NCBI GenBank assembly: GCA_951406725.2
Contig: OX597838.1
Location: 18,042,001 to 18,106,000, forward strand
Reading direction: 5' to 3'
Length of the DNA: 64,000 bases
Source of the DNA: Octopus vulgaris
Taxonomy: Eukaryota
Position numbers and translations under genes: made by a program
Notes under the pieces: generated by a model
Databases searched by the model: none
What the model saw: the letters and a program-made list of their open reading frames with translations, nothing else
Told to the model about the DNA's origin: nothing
Part shown: positions 53,483 to 64,000 of the stretch, in pieces
Numbering within the stretch: the stretch's first letter is position 1
How the letters are laid out: every line of letters begins with the position of its first letter

Positions 53483-54361
53483 TTAAATAAACATCAGTTT
53501 TGCTTTGTGGTGGTTGTTGGTAGGAGAAAGGTCTGGGGAATAAGTTGGGTGGGGAAGAACTTCGTAGCCAAGATCCCTCAACTTCTGAAACATCATTAGT
53601 GAAACGTGTGGTCGAGCATTGTCATGAAGACTGATTGGCCCTTTTCTGTTGACCAGTTTGGGACGGATAGTAGCAGGTTTTTTAAAATTCATTTTGGCAA
53701 TTTCATGACAATATGTTTCTGTAGTAATGGCTTTTCCGGGTTTTAAGAAGTTATTGTGGATGAGTCCAGCAGTGCATCCCCAAACAGTCACCATAACCTT
53801 CTTTTTGAAGAGCTCAGGTTTAAGGAAGGTCTTTCGGTGTTTCATTTTCTTCTAAACACTGCGAAGAACGATTTTTTTTATTGAATAGAATCCACTTTTC
53901 ATCGCAAGTTACAATACGGTCGAGAAATGGACCGGTCTGGTTACGGAGAAGAAACGACAAGCGAATTTCAAATCCGCGCATTTTCTGATTTTCATTCAAA
54001 TCGTGTGGTACCCATTTGTCGAGCATTTTTGATTTTTCAATCGTATGCAAGTGATCGCAGGTAGTTGTTTTTAGCTAACTTGAAGTTCTTTTGCCAGTTC
54101 CCGAGTGGTTTTACGTGGATCTTTCTCAATGACGGTCTTTAATTGACCGTCATCGATGACGGACGGGCGTCCACTACGCTCACGATCTTCAAGGCTCAGG
54201 TTTCCACTGCGAAATCGTTTAAGCCATTTTCAAGCTGATCACTCACTGGTCATTTCCTCATCAAATATTTCGTTGATATCGCGAGCAGTTTCAGCTGCTT
54301 TACGTCCTTTTTTGAAGTTCAATAGCAAAATTGCTCGAATATCGCGCTTTGACAAATCCAT
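53483..54361 (-). pseudogene. Mariner (DD34D-type, Hsmar1/cecropia-like) transposase pseudogene
   Basis: MDLSKRDIRAILLLNFKKGRKAAETARDIN..RSGRP..WVPHDL..RIVTCDEKWILF..LHDNARPH..HPTYSPDLSPT, with in-frame stops and frameshifts. Confidence 0.9.
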
Positions 54362-55031
54362 TTCAGATGATTGTAACAACGGTGACAAAAAATATCAATT
54401 GCAAAAAATAATCCAAAACTCTCAAAAAGATCCGGTACAAATTCTTCATGGTTCAAAACGTTGCTTAGTTTTTACTCAACCTGATATTTTACAGGTTACA
54501 TTACCTTTCAAAATGTTACCCTGCATGATGTCCAGACCCCGCCCATTCAACTGAATCCATCTCAGATCTGCCACAGGGGGAAAATTCAACCGTGATTTCT
54601 TCTCGAAACCCTAGGGGCTTTGAGATTTAACTTTCAGATTTACCCACTCTTCTTATGCTCCGAGCAGGTTAAGCGAAGAGATCCTGGTCGCTGTGGTTTT
54701 CCTCCTGGCCCTTATCCGTCTCCGACTGGCAAGAAGTTTTGGTACTAGAAACAAGCCTCTAAACAGTAGTTGTTGTAATAGTTCTTTACACTTCGATATG
54801 CTTTGGTGAATCTTCACGCCGCATTAGCGCTTAAATACTCCTCCAAGGATATTGTATCGCCTTCTTGTCTTGCTACATTCATATTTTCAAGATATTTTGG
54901 ATTTGTGCCTTAGCAGCATCCGCTTAATAGTTATATAGGAAACGGAAATTTTTTTACGGTTGCGTGTGTGTATGAAGGTAATTGCCGATACACACACACA
55001 CACACACACATAAATACATAGACACATACAT

Positions 55032-55092
<61 letters not shown>

Positions 55093-55104
55093 TACATTTA
55101 ATAA

Positions 55105-55986
55105 TATGGGCCCCGCCTGCAGGGTCATGCGCTGATTATCTTGATATGAGATCCCATGTCGCACGCATATGGTTGTGATGCATGTGCCTGGTGTACCCTT
55201 ATTAGTCGGGTAGTCATGATGGGTATATTGGACTTCGTATATTTGTACCTCAGTATCAATTTGACATGCGCTTAACCAGTTGAGCATGTCTCTTAGTGGC
55301 TGACGATATGTGCATCTGTGATGACGAGCAGAAGTAGTGGGGGAGCATCATAGCCATGTGTTGAGAGGGATTCTTTGGGGTTTGAATAATTCACCTCTGG
55401 AAACATGGGTGGTTCTTTCAACATCCTTAAACAACCCTTATTCAGGGATCTTTTGAGCGGGATGGGCTACTCAACCTGAAGAAAATTCTAACTGGGCCCC
55501 ACCTGCAAGGTCATGTGCTGTTAATCTTGATATGAGATCACCATGTCGCGCACATATGGTTGTGATGCATGTGCCTGGTGTACCCTTATCAGACGGGTAG
55601 TCATGATGGGTATATTGGGCTTCGTATATTTTACCCCAGTGTCACTTTGATGGCATGCACTGCTCTCTCACTCAATAATAATAATAATAATAATAATATT
55701 AATTCACCTCTGGAAACATGGGTGTTTCGTTCAACATCCTTAAACAGCCCTTATTCAGGGACCTTTTGAGTGGGATGGGCTACTTGACCCGAAGAAAATT
55801 CTAACTGGGCCCCAACTGGAAAGTCATGTGCTGTTTATCTTGATATGAGATCACCATGTCGCGCACATATGGTTGTGATGCATGTGCCTAGTGTACACTT
55901 ATCAGACGGGTAGTCATGATGGGTATACTGGGCTTCGTATATTTTACCCCAGTGTCACTTTGATGGCATGCACTGCTCTCTCACTC
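55105..55986 (+). mobile_element. Three tandem copies of a retroelement 3' region with (AAT)n tails
   Basis: GGGCCCC.CCTGCA.GGTCATG..GATATGAGATC..CATGTCGC.CACATATGG repeats near 55108, 55493 and 55807; the last two end GCTCTCTCACTC(AAT)n. Confidence 0.65.
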
Positions 55987-56059
<73 letters not shown>

Positions 56060-56096
56060 TAATGATAAAACTAATAATAATAATAATTATTATTAA

Positions 56097-56183
<87 letters not shown>

Positions 56184-56187
<4 letters not shown>

Positions 56188-56470
56188 TAGTTTTATTTTT
56201 ATAATGTGCTTTCACTTCACTACCGAGCGCAGCTCTGTGTGCCTTGGGTATGTGCTGTGATTTGTTGTGATGCTCTGATGGTTATTGTATGGAAAGTGTT
56301 CTGCGTAGGATGTGTGCAGTGCCTAGTAGTGCAATTTTCTGTATGTTATATGTGTTTGTAAGTCCTGGTGTTTTTGTTATGTATTTGTCTGAATATTTTT
56401 TCATCATGCTTAATGCACCTACTATGATAGGAATTGTTTCTGGTTTTAGATTCCACATTCTAGTTACCTC
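56184..56470 (-). mobile_element. R4/Dong-like RLE LINE 3' end inserted in (TAA)n
   Basis: EVTRMWNLKPETIPIIVGALS..IQKIALLGTAHILRRTLSIQ*, 3' UTR with AATAAA and an (AAT)n tail; (AAT)n also lies at the 5' junction. Confidence 0.8.
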
Positions 56471-56481
56471 TATTATTATTA

Positions 56482-56551
<70 letters not shown>

Positions 56552-56977
56552 CTTAAAGGTGTCTTATGAATTGTGGGTAAGAAATAAAATCGAGGGAGAT
56601 GGAGTTGGTTGACGCTCAAATAATTGCTTACCGCTTAAACGTAGTAGATCGTGTCTCTTATGACACTGCTGTTTATATTTACCGCAAGATAGTCAGTACA
56701 CGAGACGACTGTGCGCCTAAATTTAGCAGATTTACAGAGAATGTTTGAGTAAATGTCACGTTGACTATGTAGACTTCGCTATGTCTGAGCTATATGATGG
56801 CCAGCTTGTGTCTTAATCGTAGAAACAACGGTGTTTGTTCAATGTCTCAAGAAACTCTTGCAAGGAATCTAGACATTCTCTTTTGTCTTCTGTATTGTAT
56901 GTATTTGGAATTGAAACAACATGTCCATTGCAACATATACAGGGTTTGGTATCGAGGTACCTTAACCTTTTACCGTT

Positions 56978-57762
56978 CGGCGAGCTGGCAGAACCGTTAG
57001 CACGCCGGGCGAAATGCGTAGCCGTATTTCGTCTGCCGTTACGTTCTGTGTTCAAATTCCGCCGAGGTCGACTTTGCCTTTCATCCTTTCGGAGTCGATT
57101 AAATAAGTACCATTTACGCACTGGGGTCGATGTAATCGACTTAATCCTTTTGTCTGTCCTTGTTTGTCCCCTCTATGTTTAGCCCCTTGTGGGCAATAAA
57201 GAAATAAAAAACGTTAGCACGACCGGGCGAAATGCTTAGCGGTATTTCGTCTGCCGTTACGTTCTGAGTTCAAAAATACGCCGAGGTCGACTTTGCCTTT
57301 CATCCTTTCGGGGTCGATAAATTAAGTACCAGTTACGCACTGGGGTCAATATTATCGACTTAATTTCTTTGTCTATCCTTGTTTGTCCCCTCTATGTTTA
57401 GCCCCTTGTGGGCAATAAAGAAATAAGAAACGTTAGCACGCCGGGCGAAATGCGTAGCCGTATTTCGTCTGCCGTTATGTTCTGAGTTCAAAAGTACGCC
57501 GAGGTCGACTTTGCCTTTCATCCTTTCGGGGTCGATTAAATGAGTACCAGTTACGCACTGGGGTCGATATAATCGACTTAATCCGTTTGTCTGTTCTTGT
57601 TTGTCCTCTCTGTGTTTAGTCCCTTGTGAGTAGTAAAGAAATAGGTATTTCGTCTGTCTATACGTTCTGATTTCAAATTCCGCCGAGGTCGACTTTGCTT
57701 TTCATCCTTTCGGAGTCGATAAATTAAGTACCAGTTGCGCACTGGGGTCGATCTAATCGACT
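56978..57762 (+). repeat. Tandem array of 4 SINE family A units
   Basis: Same two junction types as 38807-40352. Confidence 0.9.
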
Positions 57763-58579
57763 ACGCATTCATAATTAGAGTGAACCTGTGACAGATTGAT
57801 TACAATTGTATAACCACCAATGCGGTAATTCTTCTCCCAACTGCTAAACGAAATAAATAACTTAAAATAGCATGGACCAACGATCACAGGAGAACATTTA
57901 ACGCGGTAATAGTAAACCAGAAGTTAATTTGAAGAAGAATAACATATCATAGTTAATATTTAGTTTGTCTTATTGTTCTAGTGTTAACTACCGCGTATTT
58001 GTTTTACTAATAGTTCTATATTATCCCTCATACCTCCACTTGTTTATACCGAAAATAACTGCGTGCACCTCTTCTGCACTCGGTTGCATTGGCCTTTATT
58101 ATTGTAAAGATGTTTTTGTTTGTCATTGAGTCGAAAATATCTCGAGTGTTACTGTGAGTTACAGATTTAGAACGAGATTAAGAAACGGGTTGGCATTAAA
58201 ACAGCGGGTCTTGTTGTTGTCCTAGCAAGTGTTGAGATCACTGAACCCGGAAGTCTGTTTAATTCGTGTTTTGCAGTAAGCATACGTAGCAGTGAAGTGA
58301 TATTCACCTTCGAGGTCGAAGAACTACGTTACAGAAATACACAAACACAACCCCGCCCGCCCGTACCACCACCACCACCACCACCACCACAGCCACCACC
58401 ACCTCCACCGCCACCACCACCATCGCCACCGCCGCCACCGCCACCACCACCTCACACAGGTTCATACACACGTACCTGGATATAGGTTTGGCCTGTATGG
58501 TTCAGAAGCTCACCTCGCAAAAGATGGTTTTGGATCGATATTTCTGCGCAGCACAATGGACAGGTATCTTTTACCATAG

Positions 58580-59215
58580 AAGGCGGCGAGCTGGCAGAAA
58601 CGTTAGCACGCCGGGCGAAATGCTTAGCAGTATTTCGTCTGCCGTTACGTTCTGAGTTCAAATTCCGCCGAGGTCGACTTTGCCTTTCATCCTTTCGGGG
58701 TCGATTAAATAAGTACCAGTAACGCACTGGGGTCGATATAATCGACTTAATCCGTTTGTCTGTCCTTGTTTGTCCTCTCTGTGTTTAGCCCCTTGTGGGT
58801 AGTAAAGAAATAGGTATTTCGTCTGCCGTTACGTTCTGTGTTCAAATTCCGCCGAGGTCTACTTTGCCTTTCGTCCTTCCGGGATCGATTAAATAAATAC
58901 CAGTTACGCATTGGGGTCGATGTAATCGACTTAATCCCTCTGTCTGTCCTTGTTTAGCCCCCTGTGGGTAATATGGAAATAAATATTCTTTCATTCTTTA
59001 AGGTGGCGTGCTGGCAGAATCATTAGCACGCCGGGCGAATTGTTTAGCAGTACTTCGCCTGTCTTTACGTTCTGAGTTCAAATTCCGCTGAGGTCGACTT
59101 TGCCTTTCATCCTTTCGGGGTCGATAAATTAAGTACCAATTGCGTACTGATGTATATCTAATCGACTGGCCCTTTCCCCTAAAATTTCTGGCCTTATGCC
59201 TAGAGTAGAAAAGAT
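58580..59215 (+). mobile_element. SINE family A dimer followed by a variant copy
   Basis: Dimer at 58580-58982 with the GTAGTAAAGAAATA|GGTATTTCG junction; a further copy at 59000-59215. Confidence 0.85.
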
Positions 59216-59440
59216 TCTGTTATAGGCTAACATGTATTGTGGTTCAACACGTCATACTCCTACATGTTATTGTCCAACATATTGTTTGTAGTCCGACATG
59301 TTGTAGTCCAACGTTACGATTCAACATACCTTGTGGCCCTAGATGCTGTCTTGTGGTTCTTATACAACCTATGCTTTAAACTCGTATATAACATACATTT
59401 TTATATATACATATATTTTATATATTTACATATCTATATG

Positions 59441-59480
<40 letters not shown>

Positions 59481-59484
<4 letters not shown>

Positions 59485-59680
59485 ACTTGTTTCAGTCATT
59501 TGACTGCGGCCATGCTGGAGCACCACCTTTTAGTCGAGCAAATCGACCCCAGGTCTTATTCTTTGTAAGCCTAGTACTTATTCTATCGATCTCTTTTGCC
59601 GGACCGCTAAGTAACAGGGACGTAAATATACCAGCATCGGTTGTCAAGTGATGTGGGGGGGGACAAACACAGACACACAC

Positions 59681-59725
<45 letters not shown>

Positions 59726-59842
59726 ACAGGCTTCTTTCAGTTTCCGTCTACCAAATCTACTCACAAGGCTTTGGTTGGCCTGATGCTATAGTAGAAGAAA
59801 CTTTCCCAAGGTGCCACGCAGTGGGACTGATTCCGGAACATG
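59481..59842 (-). mobile_element. SINE family B
   Basis: Tail, body and partial head. Confidence 0.8.
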
Positions 59843-60348
59843 GTCACGAAAATTTTATATTTTCTCAAGATATTTCAAGCGTAAAAGATCTTGTCTTGCG
59901 GCACTTTAACAATTGTACCACGGGTCATGTTTTGAGAACTGACTGGCGCCTTAGGTAGTAGAGATGCCTTCCAGATTCCACCACCACCACCGCTTTACTC
60001 ATACTATAGGTTGCGGTTATCCAAAGACAATCGATATTTTGTGCCATATAATCTGTAAGGTACTGAATGTCAGGAAAAAAAAACATAATAAAACTTATTT
60101 ACAAAATATAAGACTGTTTCTTTAGAGTTTGTTTAGAATAACAGTCAAGATCCCGCTGCACTTTTAGATTGAAAAATTGTGTGGGTAAAGCGGTGACGAT
60201 GTGGCGGCGCTAGTAATAACAAAATGGTGCCTAATTGTCAGTTTTTTTCTGGCCCATCATGTGTCTCTCCCTTCATAAAAAAAAAAAAGCCTTAACCCAA
60301 CCAAGCCACACGTGTTCACTTATCTTTTCTCTCTGTCTCATCTGGTTT

Positions 60349-60350
60349 CG

Positions 60351-60389
<39 letters not shown>

Positions 60390-60620
60390 TTGTTGTTGTT
60401 CTTCTTCTTCTTCTTCTTCTTCTTCTTCTTCTTCTTCTCCTCCTCCTCCTCCTCCTCTTCTTCTTCTTCTTCTTCTTCTTGTTCTCCTTCTTGTTCTTCT
60501 TGTTCTTCTTCTTCTCCTCCTCCTCCTCCTCCTCCTCCTCCTTCTTCTTCTTCTTCTTCTTCTTCTTCTTCTTCTTCTTCTTCTTGTTCTTGTTCTTCTT
60601 CTCCTCCTCCTCCTCTTCTT
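60349..60620. repeat. Compound (TGC)/(TGT)/(TTC)/(TCC) triplet repeat
   Basis: Seen directly. Confidence 0.9.
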
Positions 60621-61203
60621 CACCCCGCACACCCCTACCCCCCACACATACACATATATTAGAGCGGCTCTGTGTCAGCGGTGACCAGTTTGTTACAGCG
60701 AGGCTAAATATATACCTTTAAATGTATATTTTAAGCGTCCGCCTGCAGATTTTGTTATATCTTATCAACAAATAATCTGCCCGGATAGTTTAATTTTAAT
60801 TATACCATGCCAACCAGTATATATATATCAAAGATTAAGATCAAAAACAGAGCCTAATGCCCATCGTATTTTTCGAACAAGAAACTGTAAACTAATTACG
60901 TTCTTTACAGAAAGGATGAAATTAATATTGCTAATTAGCTAGCAAAAAAACACGCGAAACTAATCGAGTTGTTCTCCAGTCTATTCTGCCGAGAGCGAGA
61001 GAGCGAGAGAGAGAGGGGGATGGTAGACATTCCTGTGGTCTAAGTGTTGCTATTATGTTTGCATATGGAGGTTAAATATATTTACATCACATCCCATCCC
61101 AGAAAAACACATCGTCTTGGTACTTAGGTTAACACAGTTTCACTCATGCAATCGCGCACAAAAACATACACAGGCACACACAGCGCACACATATACGTGT
61201 ACT

Positions 61204-61274
<71 letters not shown>

Positions 61275-61279
<5 letters not shown>

Positions 61280-61412
61280 CGGAGATGTACTTGCGTAGCA
61301 AGTGACCTGATCTGAGATCGTGTGCTGGAACGAAAATAATTGCAGCGTGGAAGGTGTTTATAAGCCATTTAAGAAACACGCAAAAACCGTTAGATTCACT
61401 TCAACATTTAAA

Positions 61413-61413
<1 letters not shown>
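61275..61413 (+). mobile_element. Repeat fragment homologous to 37245-37380, in (TA)n
   Basis: ACGGAGATGTACTTGC.TAGCAAGTGACCTGATCTGAGATCGTGTGCTGGAACG... Confidence 0.65.
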
Positions 61414-61511
<98 letters not shown>

Positions 61512-61529
61512 TTTTTTTATTTTTATTTT

Positions 61530-61580
61530 TTTATTTCATCTAGTTTCAGCTCAAGCTGTGGCCATGCTGGGGCACCGCCA
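61530..61580 (-). mobile_element. Very short CR1-type 3' tail insertion
   Basis: Reverse complement reads GGCGGTGCCCCAGCATGGCCACAGCTTGAGCTGAAACTAG, a third variant of the CR1/SINE-B terminal hairpin. Confidence 0.65.
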
Positions 61581-61706
61581 TATATATACTTACATATACA
61601 TACGTACATATATGTATGCATATATATATACATATGCATATATATATATGTATATATGTATGTATATATATATGTCATACATATATGTATATATGTATGT
61701 ATGTAG

Positions 61707-61763
<57 letters not shown>

Positions 61764-62386
61764 CATATGTACATACATACATATACAAACACATATATAT
61801 ATACACACGCGCGCGCAGATCATCCACTTGTATACAAATGCACGTATATACATACACACACGTATACACAGTCGTATGTTAATACCAAGATACCTACATA
61901 CGTTCAAGCATATGTGCGTGTATATGTGTACGCGTGTGACTATGAAGGCCGCTTAAGAGCTAACACGCTATCTTAAAGATAGCGTTTTCCCCCGTGACAT
62001 CATTTCAAATGCGTGTGTACGCGTGGGGGAGGAGGGGTAAATCGCCTCTAAATATACCAAGCCAAATGAGCAGATTATATAAGAGAACTCTTCATTGGCT
62101 GTAAACGTTTATAGTTGTTGTTGCAGTTGTTCTGTGCAGAAGGATTACTGAACGCGGTTGGGTGTACATTGATTAAGTGACGTGAACACACGGAAAAAAT
62201 GCTCGTATCATGTTTCTTCTGATAATGTAATTACTGGTTTGATAGCTACTTTGAAGTAGACAGACGTACATACATGCTGATGCATAGGCACATGCGTAAA
62301 CGGATCGACGCAAACACATATGCGAATGTATATATGTGTATATACTTATGCATCTCTCTCTCTCTCTCACTATATATATATAGATA

Positions 62387-62440
<54 letters not shown>

Positions 62441-62767
62441 ATTTTTTCACAAGAATAGTATTAACAATGATTGCTAAGCCCTCGATGATGGCATAACAGG
62501 ACGGAATTTTGAAAACGCTCAGTGTTATTCTCGCTTAAAAATAATACATAATATGTGGTCTAAAAAAAAATTATGAGCAATACATCCGCCTTATGTAAAA
62601 TTATAACTCGACTTAAGAGCAAACTCACACACACTTCCGCGCGTACACACACACAAAATTAACAGAGGAGCCAACGGAAATTGCTAAAACTGACGTCAAT
62701 ATTAAGAATTCTCTATTGGCATTTCTTGGACAATTAAGTTCCCTGTCAATTAAGTTCCCTTCATTCA

Positions 62768-62887
<120 letters not shown>

Positions 62888-62897
62888 ATATATATAT

Positions 62898-63092
62898 AGG
62901 CGGTGAGCTGGCAGAATGCTTTACGGCATTTCGACCGGCCTTATGCTCTGAGTTCAAATTCCGCCGAGAACCACTTTGCCTTTCATCCTTTCGATAAGTT
63001 ATGTACCAGTCATTTACTTGAATAGATTTAATCGACTCCCTCCGCCACCCCCACCAAATTTCAGATCTTTTGCCTGTAGTAGAAAGGATTAT
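62898..63092 (+). mobile_element. SINE family A variant (diverged)
   Basis: Head, B-box, central domain and alternative 3' end. Confidence 0.7.
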
Positions 63093-63210
63093 ATTCTATC
63101 ATATATTATGTTGTCTGGGTTGACGTAGCACTCGTCCAGTGCTCGAGCATTGCAGACCTGTGGGTTTATGTCGAACACCGGCTGTTAAATGAATCCATCG
63201 GGTACATCCA

Positions 63211-63456
63211 GTGGAGGCGCGTGGCCTAGTGGTTAGGGTGTTGAACTCATGATCGTAAGGTTTTGGTTTCGATTCTTGGACCGGGCGATGCGTTGTGTTC
63301 TTGAGCAAAACACTTCATTTCACGTTGCTGCAGTCCACTCAGCTGGCAAAAATGAGTAACGCTGCGACGGACCGGCGTCCCGTCCAGGTGGGGAATTTCT
63401 ACGCCACTGAAACTGGGAAACCGGCCCTTATGAGCCTGGCATGGCTCGAGAAGGAA
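63211..63456 (+). mobile_element. SINE family D head with tail type b
   Basis: GGAGGCGCGTGGCCTAGTGGTTAGG..GGTTTCGATTC head, family D body, tail shared with 24342 and 29787. Confidence 0.8.
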
Positions 63457-63459
63457 CAT

Positions 63460-63999
63460 ATCGGGAACAACTCCCGCTGCCTTCCTTTAACCAGGAAGGA
63501 AAAGGTTGTTTTTATATGCCTGGTGGCCATGGCGAAAGCGGTTGCATGGTGGACGAGATTGAAGGGGCTGAAGACAAACACTTTTCTCTTTGGTCAATCC
63601 CTGATGAACTTCTTCAAGTTTCACTTGAAAAGGAAAATAAGGGTAGAAAGGGAAGCGTTGTCTTCTAGCTAGTTTGCTGAAAAGTGGACGAAAGTGGCGA
63701 GAATGGTGCGAGTGAATGGACCTGCCCTGAGCATACGCCTGTAGTTGGAAAAAAAAAAGCACCTGCCCCAAAAGTCAGGGTACCCATGGTTTTTTTTATG
63801 GGGCTTTTTCCATGAGCAACCCTCGAATGTCTACTCCCTATTGAGGACAAACATTGATTTTAAAAAAATTTTATGGGTCTTGTTTACACGCAAAACCCTT
63901 ACAACACCCACTCACACACATACACACGCATTCTTTGTTTTGTCTTGTACTGTCCATAATGTTTTTCTTAATTTAAACCCTTGTGGTTAATAAAGAAAT
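63460..63999 (+). mobile_element. Tx1/L1-type LINE ORF2 C-terminus and 3' UTR
   Basis: VFICLVAMAKAVAWWTRLKG..FFKFHLKRKIRVERE..F.EKW..RL* (stop at 63742-63744) resembles Tx1-clade C-termini; ends CCCTTGTGGTTAATAAAGAAAT. Confidence 0.6.
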
Positions 64000-64000
64000 C

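Noticed and set aside
53483-54361. Domesticated SETMAR-like gene
   Set aside because: Multiple stops and frameshifts, and no SET domain.

Overview
Eukaryotic, extremely repeat-rich DNA. The SINE families and microsatellite load are those I associate with coleoid cephalopods (Octopus); this is recognition, not a database match. The only host gene I can support is one coding exon (1312-1387, +) of a Ras-family small GTPase (RERG/RASL11-12-like P-loop start) ending at a GT donor. I found no next exon, so most of the window is probably one >62 kb intron. The rest is microsatellites, about 45 tRNA-derived SINE copies from 4 head types, and decayed TEs. LINE fragments: CR1, RTE, Tx1/L1, R4/Dong-like RLE, Penelope-like. 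DNA elements: maT DD37D and mariner fossils, hAT and mariner MITEs, a Helentron-type element. Almost all ORFs in the track are microsatellite artefacts. Most interesting signals: (1) SINE-LINE partnerships visible in the window (a CR1 3' hairpin with compensatory changes; a Tx1-like 3' tail); (2) SINE tandem arrays with two stereotyped junctions suggesting self-targeted insertion; (3) head/tail shuffling among SINEs; (4) minimal hammerhead-like motifs in Penelope-type repeats; (5) RLE LINEs apparently targeting (CATA)n and (TAA)n; (6) a foldback element carrying seven POU octamers. Repeat boundaries are approximate unless a TSD is quoted.
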